Shown here piece by piece: positions 48,801-60,750 of a DNA stretch of 64,000 bases. Source of the DNA: Nemertoderma westbladi. Lineage: Eukaryota > Animalia > Xenacoelomorpha. Position numbers and translations under genes: made by a program. The DNA is taken from contig JAUCBJ010000675.1 of the NCBI GenBank assembly GCA_032718475.1, positions 1-64,000 of the forward strand, given 5' to 3'. Each line of letters opens with the position of its first letter. Position 1 is the first letter of the stretch. The notes below the pieces were generated by a model, which saw nothing but the letters and a program-made list of their open reading frames with translations, was not told the DNA's origin and did no database searches.

Positions 48801-51228
48801 ATCCATCGAGAACTTTATAATTTCCCGTTCATATTTTGGTCATGTTCTCCCCACGTATTCCTATCAACTCCATGTGTTTGGAGACGCCAGCGATATGGGA
48901 ATAGGTATAGTAGCCTACCTGAGAGTTGAAACTCCGGATGGAATCAAGGTCGCCTTGGTTACCTCTAAGGCCTTGATAAACAACAAGTTGAAAGTTCCTC
49001 GAGCGGAGTTAAAAGCGGCTCTATACGCTACAGCCATCGGCCGGAATGTAACAGAACAGATCGACTATCCACTGGAGAAAACTGTCTATTGGACCGATGC
49101 TTTACTCGTGTTGGAGTATATAACCAATGAAGTCTGTCAGTTCAGCGTCTTCGTTACCAACAGAGTAGCCATTATACTTAGTCGCACGAAGATAGATCAA
49201 TGGAGACATTGCCCCGGAACGATTAATCCAGCCGACATCGCCTCCAGAGGAGCAACTCCACAAGAACTGATAGATACTCCAGACTGGTTAGGTGGACCCG
49301 ACTTCCTAAGCAAAGAAGAGGATGAATGGCCTCCTCATCTTACCACGGCGGAGATTAGACAAGCCAAGGGAGCGGAGAAAGTCAAACCTAAAACCCGAGC
49401 GAGTAAATCGAAGTTATTTAAACCCGTGATAGATCTGTCTGTACTACACACTTCCGGAGACGACGCTTTGGATCCAAAAACCCCAGCCACAAATAAGTCT
49501 GTTGTGGAAATCAGAGAGAGAGATTGGAAATCTGGAACACCAGACGTCTCGCAGGGACTCTCACCCCTCCTGCAGAGAGCGATACATCACTATAGTTCCT
49601 GGAATCGGCTCTGTAAGGCCGTTACATATTTAAAGCGATGTTTTCATCATCACTACTCCAGGACGAAGACCACTAGTGATACCGCTCCACTGACATCTGC
49701 GCAGGTACATGTTGTTAAAGATCTTCCCAAATACAAGATATCAGACAGATTTCTGAAGGAGAAGATCAGTTACCAGGAGCATGAAGAAACCAATAAGCAG
49801 ATACTGAGACTCCTGCAATGCTATGAGGATTCCGATAAGTATTTCCTGTTGTTGAGAAATCCACAGATGCGCTTAAGGGATCGTTTCTCTAGCACAATGA
49901 TAGATGGGTTAATACGCGTTGGAGGAAGACTAACTAATGCTCCATTATCCTTTGACACTAAGTTTCCCATACTCATTAGAAATCTTGAAATACAAATCAA
50001 GATGATTGTAGATGTTCACAGTAAGCTTTATCATGCTGGTAGAGAACGAGTTCTTAGCGAAATTCGAACTCGCTATTATTTTCATAAACCCCGTAGAGCT
50101 CTGAACCAAGTTCTTAGGAACTGCATACCCTGTAGGAAAGCATTCAGTAGGCCTTTAACACAGCGAGAGGCAGAATTACCTAGGGAACGAGTAAGCTTCT
50201 ATGAACCACCCTTCACAAATACCGGTGTGGATTTATTTGGCCCTATTGAGGTATATCGTGCTAGGACTATAGTCAAGAGATGGTGTGTCATCTTTGTCTG
50301 TATGACTTGTAGAGCTATCCATCTCGATATGGTGAACGATTTATCTACCAATAGCTTCATATTGAGCTTACGCCGACAGATCGCTCGCTTTGGAACTAGT
50401 AACACGATGAGATCTGATAAGGGAACGAACTTCATTGGTGCCAACAATGAAATCAAGGCTTACGTCAAAGATTGGAACCAAAGACAGGTGGACGATCAGC
50501 TAAGGGTAACAGCGTCTAGCTGGACCTTCAACGCCGCCGACGCCCCTTGGTGGGGAGGAAGTTGGGAGAGATTAATCAGGAGCGTGAAGACCGCATTTCA
50601 CTTTATAGTGCCGTGCCGCGCGTATCTCACCGACGAACTTTTGCGGACGTTAATGGAGGAAATCGCCGCCTATCTCAACGAGAGACCGCTTATGCCAGTC
50701 TCATCGAGTCCCGATTCCCTGGAAGCGCTAACACCCGCGCACTTCCTACTGAAGAAACCTGTAGCCATGCTCCCACGATCGGAAATCACGGACGGGGACG
50801 AATACTGCCGGCAAACTTGGCAACTTATGCAGTTGTTATCCCGTCGTTTCGCTGACCATTTCGAAAAACATTATCTGCCTACACTACAACTTCGAACTAA
50901 GTGGTTTGCGCAGCAAGAAAACGTCAGCGCAGGAGACATGGTCCTTATTGTGGAGTCAGATCTTCCACGTAAGCGGTGGCAGACAGGTCGTATCATCGAG
51001 ACTCATATCTCAGATGATGGTTTGGTGCGATCGGTAGAACTCGTCGTCATGCGACGTAACTTTAAGAAACCGGGAATTGTCTTCGAGACGCAGCAGCTCA
51101 ATCGCCCAGTTGGTCGTTTATGTTTACTGGAAAGAGACAGAGAACTCTCCGGAAACTATGGAAGGCAAGATACTCTTCCCACGACCACCTCCCTAATCCA
51201 ACCAACATCCAGGGACTCCCCAACGTGA
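45850..51228 (+). CDS. BEL/Pao gag-pol polyprotein (Zn knuckles, aspartic protease, RT, RNase H, integrase, DUF5641)
   Basis: CVLCDGPHRLSVC, CYNCLRQGHQRRTC, CAKCGAKHHILLH; ALLDSGS; RVVFDGS; IYMDD; HVFGDAS; NPADIASRG; GVDLFGP; SDKGTNFIGA; WWGGSWERLI. Confidence 0.95.
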   Translation: MVIGAVASTLPKGGVGTRWDKKVLYMMEQQRRDPTMADLMSFLDGEVKLQLLKQSREKTPENKVSEKTVSRRKVTPVCYTDDGESQASQEEDSGKDTERSYYVNKAPKDVSKFKSRTSDRREQVRKTPPTSPKRIHGRKPEERTSVHNVTQGKVSNIKPKCVLCDGPHRLSVCDEFLKKSLIDRREVMWNKRLCYNCLRQGHQRRTCYSDARCAKCGAKHHILLHTEFERNSPSQVSESELHVQFSDVNDTDQSSEMEGFYTDEFSDENESCYLINTAVYRALTYEKETDSELPLTTPDRQPSWKAPTSNVGIREFPVVQLRVHGSEKSYIVNALLDSGSTGTFIDKELAEDIFAGQPKFRTKLNLSGIMQVWKSTVTTDYYVGALSTPQDELGEHSIRSVKMVAIKNFATSQVEPYNWDEDDFTQQHEIPRFNTDYPGVQILIGQNAHEALETLEKRPAQPQPLQTYAGRTRVGWYFTGPSRRTLMERLPKERVYQVSEWEDEISEGDDTPEGTPYSSDNDDIHQLFDEENTIDLLTENETWQNQVNLCHLIHPAGQVDYNDELNEVIDRYNAKTHDEHAVRFFTQEAVEPNSYDKALSVEEERAKQIQETTTRFLKDQGRYEIGLPFRRREPNFINNRPLAEKRIAQLHRRLMANAAAKEMYKTQLKKFIDKGYAERVPEGTPITERTYYLTHHYVPKPGKPNEVRVVFDGSALYMGQSLNSELLPGPNLLQSLLGILLRLRQYSIAFASDIEGMFLQVKALDRDRDSLRFLWWPEGDLNQKPVEYWMTIQAFGIISSPSNACSVVHTTADDNRDAFSKEVIDNIKWDIYMDDNLKSLPSVEEAIDVAKGTVECLKRGGFRLTKFTSNSREFLESIPVEDRGVKDLDLIKDDLPETKTLGLKWDTERDILFFQLKQRDNPVRTKRICLSILSTYFDPLGFISPVILIARSLVQQMWLENHSWDDPLKGELLKKWMKWEDSLPSIENFIISRSYFGHVLPTYSYQLHVFGDASDMGIGIVAYLRVETPDGIKVALVTSKALINNKLKVPRAELKAALYATAIGRNVTEQIDYPLEKTVYWTDALLVLEYITNEVCQFSVFVTNRVAIILSRTKIDQWRHCPGTINPADIASRGATPQELIDTPDWLGGPDFLSKEEDEWPPHLTTAEIRQAKGAEKVKPKTRASKSKLFKPVIDLSVLHTSGDDALDPKTPATNKSVVEIRERDWKSGTPDVSQGLSPLLQRAIHHYSSWNRLCKAVTYLKRCFHHHYSRTKTTSDTAPLTSAQVHVVKDLPKYKISDRFLKEKISYQEHEETNKQILRLLQCYEDSDKYFLLLRNPQMRLRDRFSSTMIDGLIRVGGRLTNAPLSFDTKFPILIRNLEIQIKMIVDVHSKLYHAGRERVLSEIRTRYYFHKPRRALNQVLRNCIPCRKAFSRPLTQREAELPRERVSFYEPPFTNTGVDLFGPIEVYRARTIVKRWCVIFVCMTCRAIHLDMVNDLSTNSFILSLRRQIARFGTSNTMRSDKGTNFIGANNEIKAYVKDWNQRQVDDQLRVTASSWTFNAADAPWWGGSWERLIRSVKTAFHFIVPCRAYLTDELLRTLMEEIAAYLNERPLMPVSSSPDSLEALTPAHFLLKKPVAMLPRSEITDGDEYCRQTWQLMQLLSRRFADHFEKHYLPTLQLRTKWFAQQENVSAGDMVLIVESDLPRKRWQTGRIIETHISDDGLVRSVELVVMRRNFKKPGIVFETQQLNRPVGRLCLLERDRELSGNYGRQDTLPTTTSLIQPTSRDSPT

Positions 51229-51668
51229 CATGACGTCTGGAGTGGGTGTGTGACTATATTATTTCATATATTTTTATTATTTTTATATTTATGTATGTAT
51301 TATTATGTAATTTTATTATAATCGTTTTCTTTAATTTTATTTAGTAGAATGTTATTTTAGCGATTATTTAGTAGATTAGTGCAATATATATTAGTGTTTA
51401 TTACTTACATACTTATATTATATTATATATTTAGTGCGACGGCGAGAAATAATTCTTTTTCTCTTTCCTTATTGTCCGTATCATATTATAAATACGTGTC
51501 TACAGTAAGATGAAATGTCCGTACTTATTAAAGTCTAGTATATTCGAATTAGCTCCTACTATATTCAAGTATTATTGGTAAGTAGAGTATTAGGAATGCA
51601 AAATTCAGATCCTCGTGTCTCGGCTAAACCAAGCTCTGGGTAGACCTTGGAAACGACTTGCCTCTTCT

Positions 51669-51842
51669 CACTGACATTGCTTCTTGCAATATTGCTCTCA
51701 TACCGTATATTAAATAATACATATAGTAGCGTGATGTCCCTTTAACATAAATCTGCACTGACATTGCTTCTTGCAATATTGCTCTCATACCGTATATTAA
51801 ATAATACATATAGTAGCGTGATGTCCCTTTAACATAAATCTG
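51669..51842. repeat. Perfect 87-bp tandem duplication
   Basis: CACTGACATTGCTTCTTGCAATATTG...AACATAAATCTG occurs twice back to back. Confidence 0.9.
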
Positions 51843-53016
51843 TTAAACCCTTTGACCATCTGTAATTCTAGTCGATTAAGATATCGCAGCACCCACCGAT
51901 ATACTTAAAAGACAAAATTCTAGAATCAATGGTTAACGTCCCCAGACATGTTCTGGAATAAACCGGTGCCCATCTTAAATATTAACTATTAATATTTATA
52001 AAATCTGTCAAATAGATACAATAGAGTAACTACTTACAAGTTAACTCTAGAAAATCTATAAATTAAAATCTGTAAAATTTTAGATCCTTTAAAATTCTAG
52101 TCTATTAAGATATCGTAGCACTTACCGATACTCTTAAAAGGACAAATTTCCTAGAATTAAGGATTCTAGTTCCCAGACATGCCCTGGAATAAAATTATGT
52201 CTGTTTTAAGGATAAATAATAAAATTTACGGGAATAAATTTAAATTCATCTCTTTTAATGAATTTGTTAAATTGTCATTTTTATACAATTTATAACATTC
52301 CCAAAATTCCATTAATTAATAGATCAAGGGAGCGGAGATTCACCCTATTAAGTGTATTAGTGTGCGAGAATCTCCAATATATAGTCAATAGCCGATAAAA
52401 TTCATAAAATCATGTATAAAGGGGATATTGACAATTAAAGAATTACTATTAAATAGCATCCCAGATCTGTATGCATGGGAATTACCCTAATTATACCGCT
52501 AGCTTTCCATAATGTCACCATAGCAACAACCACGCTAGAATTAGAAGCGAGTTAAAAGAACAATAGAAAGCTTGCCCCATTGAATAGCATAGGGAATAAA
52601 TAGCACACTGCTAGTATCCAAGGATACATAATAATAACGTGGCATTCTGGAAGGCACTTGACTAACGGACAAATGGCCCGAATGCGTACAATTTGTGACA
52701 GTTGTGTGGAATTTGTGCGTTGATAGGTGAATGTTACTACTAAAGTGTGTTTACAGTAGCGAGTCGCAATTGTGAAAGTAGCCCTATCTCTGAAGTAAGA
52801 ACCTGAAGTAAATCTTAGCCCTTGGGACGGACAGTGGAGTGACTCGCGCTGGTTATCGTTGTTGTTGTGTAGCTACTACGTTGGCAAAAAACACCGCGAC
52901 GATGGTACATCGGCGCTGAGGATCTTGCGCTGTCCGGGGGCCGTGAGGGGTAGGCAGCGACGCCCGCTAGCCTAATTATAAACTCATTATAATATTGATA
53001 AACTCATATAGCAGCT

Positions 53017-54520
53017 ATGACTGAGTTGATAGAAGATGATCTTGGTATCAGGGAGCGATATACTCTACCTTTACAAGCGTTTGTTGATAGCTTGATAAGC
53101 GGCGACGCTAGTCCAACTACTACGGAGGATGATGGTCGTTATATCGAACCGCCAATGTCCCAGGAGCCTTTTTACGCGTGAATTGGACTATAGAAAATTC
53201 ACCGCTCGCTATACGCATCGTAATGGTGCCTATGTGGACTTCTTAACTACTGGCCATCCTATCGATTTACACGATACAGACGATGTAGACACCAAAAGGG
53301 AAATGGTTTCATTTAAATATCATACCCAGTGGAGTACGGAGGAACGACAGAGGAACGATAAACCGAGAATAGAACACGAGAATTCTATTCGAAACCGACT
53401 CGAAAGAGAAGACGTTGAAGAGCCGGATAAACGCAGTGACTTCAACGATTATCTGGAATTCTTGAGAGAAACATATCTCAATATTGCCAGTCAACAAAAT
53501 CTATAAACTCGATATCCTCAAGGTATACATCATGACCCTATGATAGAACTCAAACGGCTCTATTTCACCATGATGTATCTTACCGCCGATCGACCGCTAC
53601 CTGTCGTCCCAGATAGCTTCGAACAGATGGAGGAATATTGTAAAACTGGAGAACGATCACCCGCGTTTCCCCTGCAGGACGTGCGTCTTTGGTATTACTG
53701 CGACGAATGCCCTAGACCCAATCAGCAAACGGAAAGACATAAACATCCGCGGAGACGTTGCGCTAAACACAGTTTTACACGATATACTTATGGGAGTTTC
53801 GAGCGAAGCCTGTTCGACGTATCACCTACGCTCGCTCGACTCAAACGATCCTTAAATAAACCCATGATCAGAGTTCCGGAATACTCGGTCAGACCTCCTC
53901 ATTCCTTAGTGAGACCTCAAACGCTTGATCCTAATAGTATAACGGATCCCCGTGAACTGTACTCACTATTTAAAGATCTTGTGTTACCCGAACAATTAAT
54001 CGGTGGCACTCCGGTAGTAGGCTCGCTAAATATTCGCCCTTCCTACCTAGCCGGATTGGGACGCGGGCATCTAATATCGCCGTTCAACCCGTACAATCGT
54101 CCCGGTTTAACCCCGATACAACCCGTTACCGAAGTCGAGGAGAGAGTTGTATGAAACGCGTTAGACGCTATTCGGCAGAAGATCGGAAAAGGAACCTACG
54201 ATTGTTTAGAGAAACGCAAATTGCTGCAACAAGTCCAAGCGGTGAAAGAATTAGCTTTACCCCAGTTCGACCGAGAAATCCAGAACCTCGAGGAAGACAT
54301 CGAACTTGGACGAACCTATTCTCTACAAGAGTTCCTCGAGCGTGTTTATGACAAAATAAGGGTAGCATACAACAATTGTGCCCGCCTACCCTTATTTTGT
54401 CACATTCACTACAACTCTTTGTGTAGCCTCCTCAAGTCCACCCATAACTGTTTATTGTACACTGTTTACACTGCCTGCAGACCATTCTCGAGATTATTTC
54501 CCTTGAAGCTGTCAGGGTAA
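53017..54520 (+). pseudogene. Unknown ~500-codon ORF in the BEL 3' region (one frameshift, two in-frame stops), with a putative C-x2-C...C-x2-H zinc-binding motif
   Basis: ORFs 53129..53506, 53540..54154 and 54221..54520 share one frame separated by single stops; an ATG-initiated segment at 53017 joins by a frameshift near the T run at ~53170. Confidence 0.6.
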
Positions 54521-55212
54521 TAGACATTATTACTTTATTATGTGTGTATGTTTTGTTTTTTACTATTTGTGCTATTGTTGTAATTTTACTTTCGTTTTTA
54601 CTGTAGATATGTACCTCCTGCTGCGGCTTAAAGGATAAATAAATAAATAAATAAATAATAAATAATGCAATCAAAATGGAACCATTCTCAAAAATAAATC
54701 TATAGTCTTTTGTTAAAATAATACAGTATGTCACTTAACCTGCTCTTTTCACTTAGAGTTTATGGCTCAAAATGACAGCAAGCACCAATCATGAATTTAG
54801 TGGGTTTAAAAAATAAAGTTAATTTAATACGAAATTATTATTACGGAAAAGGAGCTGTTTACAGTGGAATTATTTTCTAACCAAAACAATAAACAAAAAT
54901 GTATTTCATTTGCGACCAATAGAAAATATTTTTTTACTTATTTATAATTAAGATTGTTAATTCACCGATACAAGATATAAATTCGAAGAGATGGGATATG
55001 GCGATACGGGTCAATAATAACTACGCAATAAAGGCTTCTTAGATAAACAGATCATGTCTGTCTCTAAGTTTTATTTCGTTGACACATAGTGTTATAAATA
55101 TTAGTTCTGAAAAAAAGTTTAATTATATGATAAATGATGTCATATAATTATTGTGCATTACAATTCAGACTGTTATTGACTACTTTTTAATAAACCAAAG
55201 AACATGACATAC

Positions 55213-55397
55213 CCTAATCTTCTTCTACTCTCAGTAGGTGTCAGAGAATCGAATTCCTTTGATCCTCCCTTCCCTAGAAACGCTTCGTGGTCGCTAACGT
55301 CCTGAAATGCTTTTGGTGAATTTTCTCTAGATGATAATGTTTGTTGTAAACCCACCGATGCAATGCTGATAATCAAATTAATTACAGAAAGTTTCAT
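55213..55397 (-). CDS. CALU: Calumenin coding exon 1 (signal peptide MKLSVINLIISIASVG...DHEAFLG...FDSLTPTESRRRLG)
   Basis: CREC signature DHEAFLG..FD.LTP.ES..RLG; donor GG|GTATGT, phase 2, matches exon 2. Confidence 0.93.
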
Positions 55398-57785
55398 TTT
55401 AGGTGGTATTATATTCACTAAACTGTGGAGCAGAATGTCCTAAAATTCTAGGATTTTTTGGTTCACCTGCTAGGCCCCCAGCCAAAGTTTATCTGTGCAT
55501 CTGGATATTATAATTGAGGAACATCATAATTTTAATTAATTAATTAATTTTGGTATCTTGTCCACGCTACGCCTAAATATATATGTAAAGAAGGAGGAAA
55601 CAGAAAGGGGTTGAAAGGAATCAAAACCATAAACGAATGATAATCACCAGTCATATGTATAGGCCTACCGGCTTGCGGTTCAAGTATGCGTAGCAGTGTA
55701 GGCGTAGGTGTAGGCATAGAGATTACATCCTAAAGTAACTGATCTATTTTTTATACTTCATGCTCAGGACATAAATAGATATGAACAGTAATACCAATAC
55801 GTCAGTTAAATAAGGTACATAAGTCTATCTATCCAGTATAATAAGTGTATTTATATAACAATTGAAACCTATTTCAAAATACAGTAGGCCCTACAAAACA
55901 ACAGCTTATATTATTATGGTATAGGGAGCGGGGTCATATTTGCTATTTTCAAACGAAGTTAGAGGAAAATCACAATTAGAAATCGTTGCACCTTTCTAAA
56001 TGACATGCCTATTACTTTATGTATAATTAATGTGAAAATTTAGACAAATAACTGTAGTTATGTGTAAAACTACCAATGAAAAAACAAACGAAAAAACATC
56101 AATTATTGCTTTGGTTTTCTATTATGAGTCCCCTTAGTTACTAATAAGTTTAAATCATTAATAAGTCCAGTTCAAGACCAAGCGAAACATTAGGCATTAC
56201 AATGTAAATTAAAGTATTATAATAATATACAGTAGCAATACTTAAATAAATTAAAATAAAAATAAAATAAAATTAATATACTTAAATGATGAAATGAAAA
56301 CGACTCTACAACAAACAATTTATTTCTCAGTAACATAATATATAGTAAACTGTGGCGAAATATTTTCCTTATAAATAAGATCTATGTAGAACTGAAGTAA
56401 CATAAAATTTCCCAAAATGCTACATTAATATTTACAATAGCACGTGTAAACGCTGATAAGAAAATGTCTATTATGCCTACTGTACTTATATTACTTGCAA
56501 TCATATCTAATGTATTCTATCTGAATGTTTTCTGCATATTGGGAGACATAGGGTAGTGCTAATCTACATTGGGTATATTGCTAAGTACTACGCACCCATT
56601 CGAATGGTTTGATTTTAATAATTGTAGGTCAAGTTTTTATAAAAAACGTAAAATATGTAATTAAATTAGGTGTAACTTTATCTTTCTTGTCTTCTGTTTT
56701 TTTACTATGTAGAGTCCACACTGTGGCTAGTACATATAGTTGTTATCTGACATAAAACATTCGCAGTGGAGGTTAAACTGACAATGAACTAATTCAGAAT
56801 TGTCAAACTGTTCAGGAATGTTGTACCATTTGTTGAATATTTATGTGTACTTGTATATATTTAGTTTTGTCGTTCTTTTCTTAAACCGTATTATTCGCTA
56901 ATCGAAATTGCGAATCGAACAGAATAATTAATAGGAATTGACAATCCTACCATGATCTAAAATATAGCAATTCTCCTTCGGAGTTATAACATGTTGGTGA
57001 TAGGGATTCAATGATCTACACACAACCTTTGGCAGAGCATATTATTATAATGGGGGTCACATCCATAAAGTGAAAGCACAGTCTGCCATCAACCAGTGGT
57101 CCAGCATGCTCTATTGCATTCCTTTGTGGGTTTCTACTGCTAAGGATGCCAGTTCCATAGACGGTATATGAAGTATATAAGAATGCACTCAGGTTGGACA
57201 ATGTTGGGTATGTCACACTTAAACAAGTAAACGAGGAGTTTTTATACAATTATAGTGGTACCTCGTTGCCATAAACCCAGCTTCTACCTACAAATAGACA
57301 TATCTGTATGTATGGGTGGGTGTATGTACGTACCCGAACTAGGAATGTGTATGGCTGATTGAGTTTGGGCAGCTTCGTTCCGAGGTCTACCGGCATTGCA
57401 CCATATTGCCTATCACGCCATGTGAAACAGCAGAAGCGAACTTATATCTCACAGTGAGAATTATACATCACACAGAGTATATCACAGTATATATCACGAG
57501 CGGATACTTAACACAATACATACAATACGTTACATACAATACATTATTGACACCAAAGAATTTAAAAGAAACTTCAAAGATTTATAATTTTTTCCGCGTA
57601 TTTCCCTCATATACTGAAGTAGAACTTGTTTGGTCAAAGAACACACAAAGCTGTTCAAATCTGTTTAAATCACATGAAAGTTATGGAACCTTTATATATA
57701 TAACTCCAAATAATAATTTACGACACAGTTGTAAACAGCAGTAATCACAGAACAAGATACCTACTTTGCGTGACTCATTGTAACA

Positions 57786-57819
57786 ATGCTGCAGTTTATT
57801 TTAATCATTTGCTTTTTAG
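57786..57819 (+). CDS. S1A serine protease exon 1 (signal peptide MLQFILIICFL)
   Basis: ACAATG start, hydrophobic stretch, strong donor G|GTAAGT in phase 1, compatible with exon 2. Confidence 0.72.
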
Positions 57820-58059
57820 GTAAGTACTTTTTTTGCACTTTATAATGTGATTGCATATCGAAATATTAGGTACTTGAATCTGCAAAATTCGTGACATAAA
57901 TCAAATATTCACTAAACAAGTATTATGCCATAGGCAAATAGTATTAATACGCTGATAAAATGGCCTATAAGAAAATATGTTCCAGCACTATCATATAAGC
58001 AAAAAATACCTAGCAGTTCTTGTAACGAAAAACGCTACATTAGAAAGAATACTGTCGTG

Positions 58060-60080
58060 TCACACCATAATTCAGAATACAGCCATACTTTGTCAGTTAA
58101 CAATAAAGGATTTTATGTAGAATCCTGGCTTCCCTTAGTACCTGGTTGAAAATGTGAAACATCTAATTGACAGCTTGGTTGTGTGATATCATCGTGCTAG
58201 GTAGGAGGTTTATGATGGATGAGGTGCTAGGTTAGGGATTATTGCTATTACCTGGTTTTGTGAGAGTCTCGTTGTTTTTGAGAAAATCTGGTGGACCGGC
58301 GACTGTTGTGCACTTTAATACTTCCCGTCCTTTGCCACTTGTTTGGGAAATTGCCACGTTGATTTTGGACCAATACGGATTGTCCCATTTGTAATGGTTT
58401 TTTTAATTCTTATGTATGGGCATTCAATCGCTACCGCTACTTCTCTGTCCATGGCTGCAATTCGCCATTCATCTCTAATCTTGAAATCTCCTTCATAAAC
58501 TGGCTGGAATTCTGAGTTGTCGGCCTAATACATAATTTGGGCAGGAGATAAATTGATACCTGTAATGGCGTGTTACGATATTGCAGTAATGCTCTTGCCA
58601 TTCTATCATTGTCTAGTGTGCCATGTGGATCTGTGTCTCGTAGATAATTATCTTAGCGGATCTAGGACACGCCCCCCCCCCCCCCCCGGACAGTTCCCCC
58701 TGCCCAAGTAGGATACTTTCCCCCCGGACACTTCCCCCCCAGTTAAAGTGTTAAAATTAATCTGGGTGCACCAAAGCAATAAACACAATTTAAAGATGGT
58801 TACATGATAAGTTGTATCAAGTCCAGCTTTTTCAAAATTATTAAAGAAACATTTTTATAGTGAAATTTTGTTTGTTTTTCTTTTAATTTGGGGTTGGTTG
58901 GGGGCTGCCGCCCCCAAACCCCCGCTTCTTTGGTTAGGGGCTGCAGCCCCCAAACCCCCCCTTCTTTGGTTGGGGGATGCCGTCCCCAAACCCCGGCATT
59001 CCCTGTGTGCCCGTGGTGAAAGACTTTGAGACCATTTTGAAATAAATCATTCATGTTTGTATCATCAGATAATAAATTGACTAAGCCTAAAGTGGGAGCT
59101 GTATTGAATGTTAACCAAATTAATATATAAATCACTACAATATTATTAATTCAACAAACTCCTATTCAAAATATTGCAAGTAACCAGGAAATTTAATTAA
59201 TTTATCAACATGTAATGCTGAACACAGAATACAGGTCGACGCATGTCGATTTTACCCTGGAGAGGTATAATTTTGATTGCATCAATAATATTCATCCCCA
59301 TCTGCTACAATTTGAAGAAGACTATTACATAATACCTTTAATTAAAACAATTAATTATTATAATTCTATAGTCAATAAAACAGTATATCATTCGGGGGAT
59401 GGAATTTATAGGTCATCTAATTAATTGTTTAAAGATTAGCAAACAATACCATATAATTGCATAATAAAATCCATAAATAAAACGTGGATACAAAATGTAA
59501 AATCGGGATGCAAAATATCACTTTCTGAGCTACGAAAGGAAAATTGGATACAACATTGTCTGGATACAAGCGGTCTGTTTACCTTACAAAATGAAAAATA
59601 AGAATGTGCGAAGTTAAGAACAGTCGGGGGGGGGGGGGGGGGGGAGTATCCGGGGAGGAAGTGTCTGGGGGGGAAGTGTCCGGGGGGGGGGAAGTGTCCT
59701 ACTTGAACGGGAGGGAACTGTCCGGAGGGAGGGGGGAAGTGTCCGCACACCATCTTAGCAGTTTTAACACCGAGTTCTGCTCTGCAGTTGCTATGTGGGT
59801 AAGCCACAGAAGAGATAAGGTGCCCCATTCCCCAGTTGAGTAGGAATCGCTGTTTATCATTTGACGTGAATGAAGGGGAGCCATCAGTTGTGATTTCCCT
59901 TGGTGCACCAAAGGAAATAAATAATTTTCTCAACTCGTGGATAAGAAGGTATTGGTGAAGTGTTTTCCACAAAACATTATTGATTACCATCCAGAATATC
60001 TCTCAACACTTTCTAAGTAGTTGGCACCATTTATTTGGCAATAGGCCTATTTAGCACAAATTTGTTCAAATGGGTATTGC
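58060..60080 (-). mobile_element. Gypsy-type integrase remnant in protease intron 1
   Basis: FGAPREITTDGSPSFTS...SVAYPHSNCRAELGVKTAK motif; the degenerate continuation lies beyond the MITE. Confidence 0.7.
58658..59751. mobile_element. MULE-like MITE with GG...CC ends and CGGACA(C/G)TTCCCCC subterminal repeats
   Basis: 8-bp TSD ATCTTAGC at 58650-58657 and 59752-59759; inverted subterminal repeats. Confidence 0.82.
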
Positions 60081-60750
60081 GGAGGCGGGGATAAAGATGG
60101 GGGGGACTGGACGCAATTAAAATTCATCCATCTCCAGGGGAAATTGGACGCAAATAACAGATGATTACTCCTAAAATAAAACTGTATCCTGTTCTAATGT
60201 GTTTAGTTTATTGTTTTGGTTAAAATAACGTGCCACTGTAACCTGCCCCTTTCCCTAAATTGAAAATTTAACATTGAGGCGGGATATTAATTCGCCAAGG
60301 CGTGTTTTGCGTCCAGTTTCCACCCCTGCCTCCTAAAAAGATAACCAATAAACCCCCCACCAAGTATATATGAGAAAGCACTAATAATATGTATGACTAG
60401 AACAGATGAATGTCTAAGTTAGGTGAATGACTGTCCTGTCATTCTGAATGACTGGACAGATAGATAGTTTATTGTTTAGTCAGAGTCTATTGATGAAAGA
60501 TAAGAGGACCTAACAACAACGGAAATATGGTAACAGTCAACTATTACATACTATACACGAGGAGGAAGGAGTGTTTGCATGTTTTTCGAACATAAAATTT
60601 CGATTTGAGGAAAGGAAGAACTTTAAAAGTCAAATAAAATAAATACACTTTTTCAAACTTAAAAAATAAAATAAAAAATTAACATTAATAGCATTTATCA
60701 TGCTATATCTTACCATAAATGTATATTGTATTTTTGTACCTTTCTCACAG

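Larger units (their letters stand above)
40780..54515 (+). mobile_element. BEL/Pao LTR retrotransposon; boundaries approximate, paired LTRs not found
   Basis: Long 5' leader, frameshifted gag, intact pol, purine-rich tract followed by TGT at ~51240-51252, and a long 3' region with an extra ORF. Confidence 0.75.

Noticed and set aside
57016-57249. Possible transposase fragment or exon
   Set aside because: No recognisable motif or phase-compatible splice pair; too weak to call.
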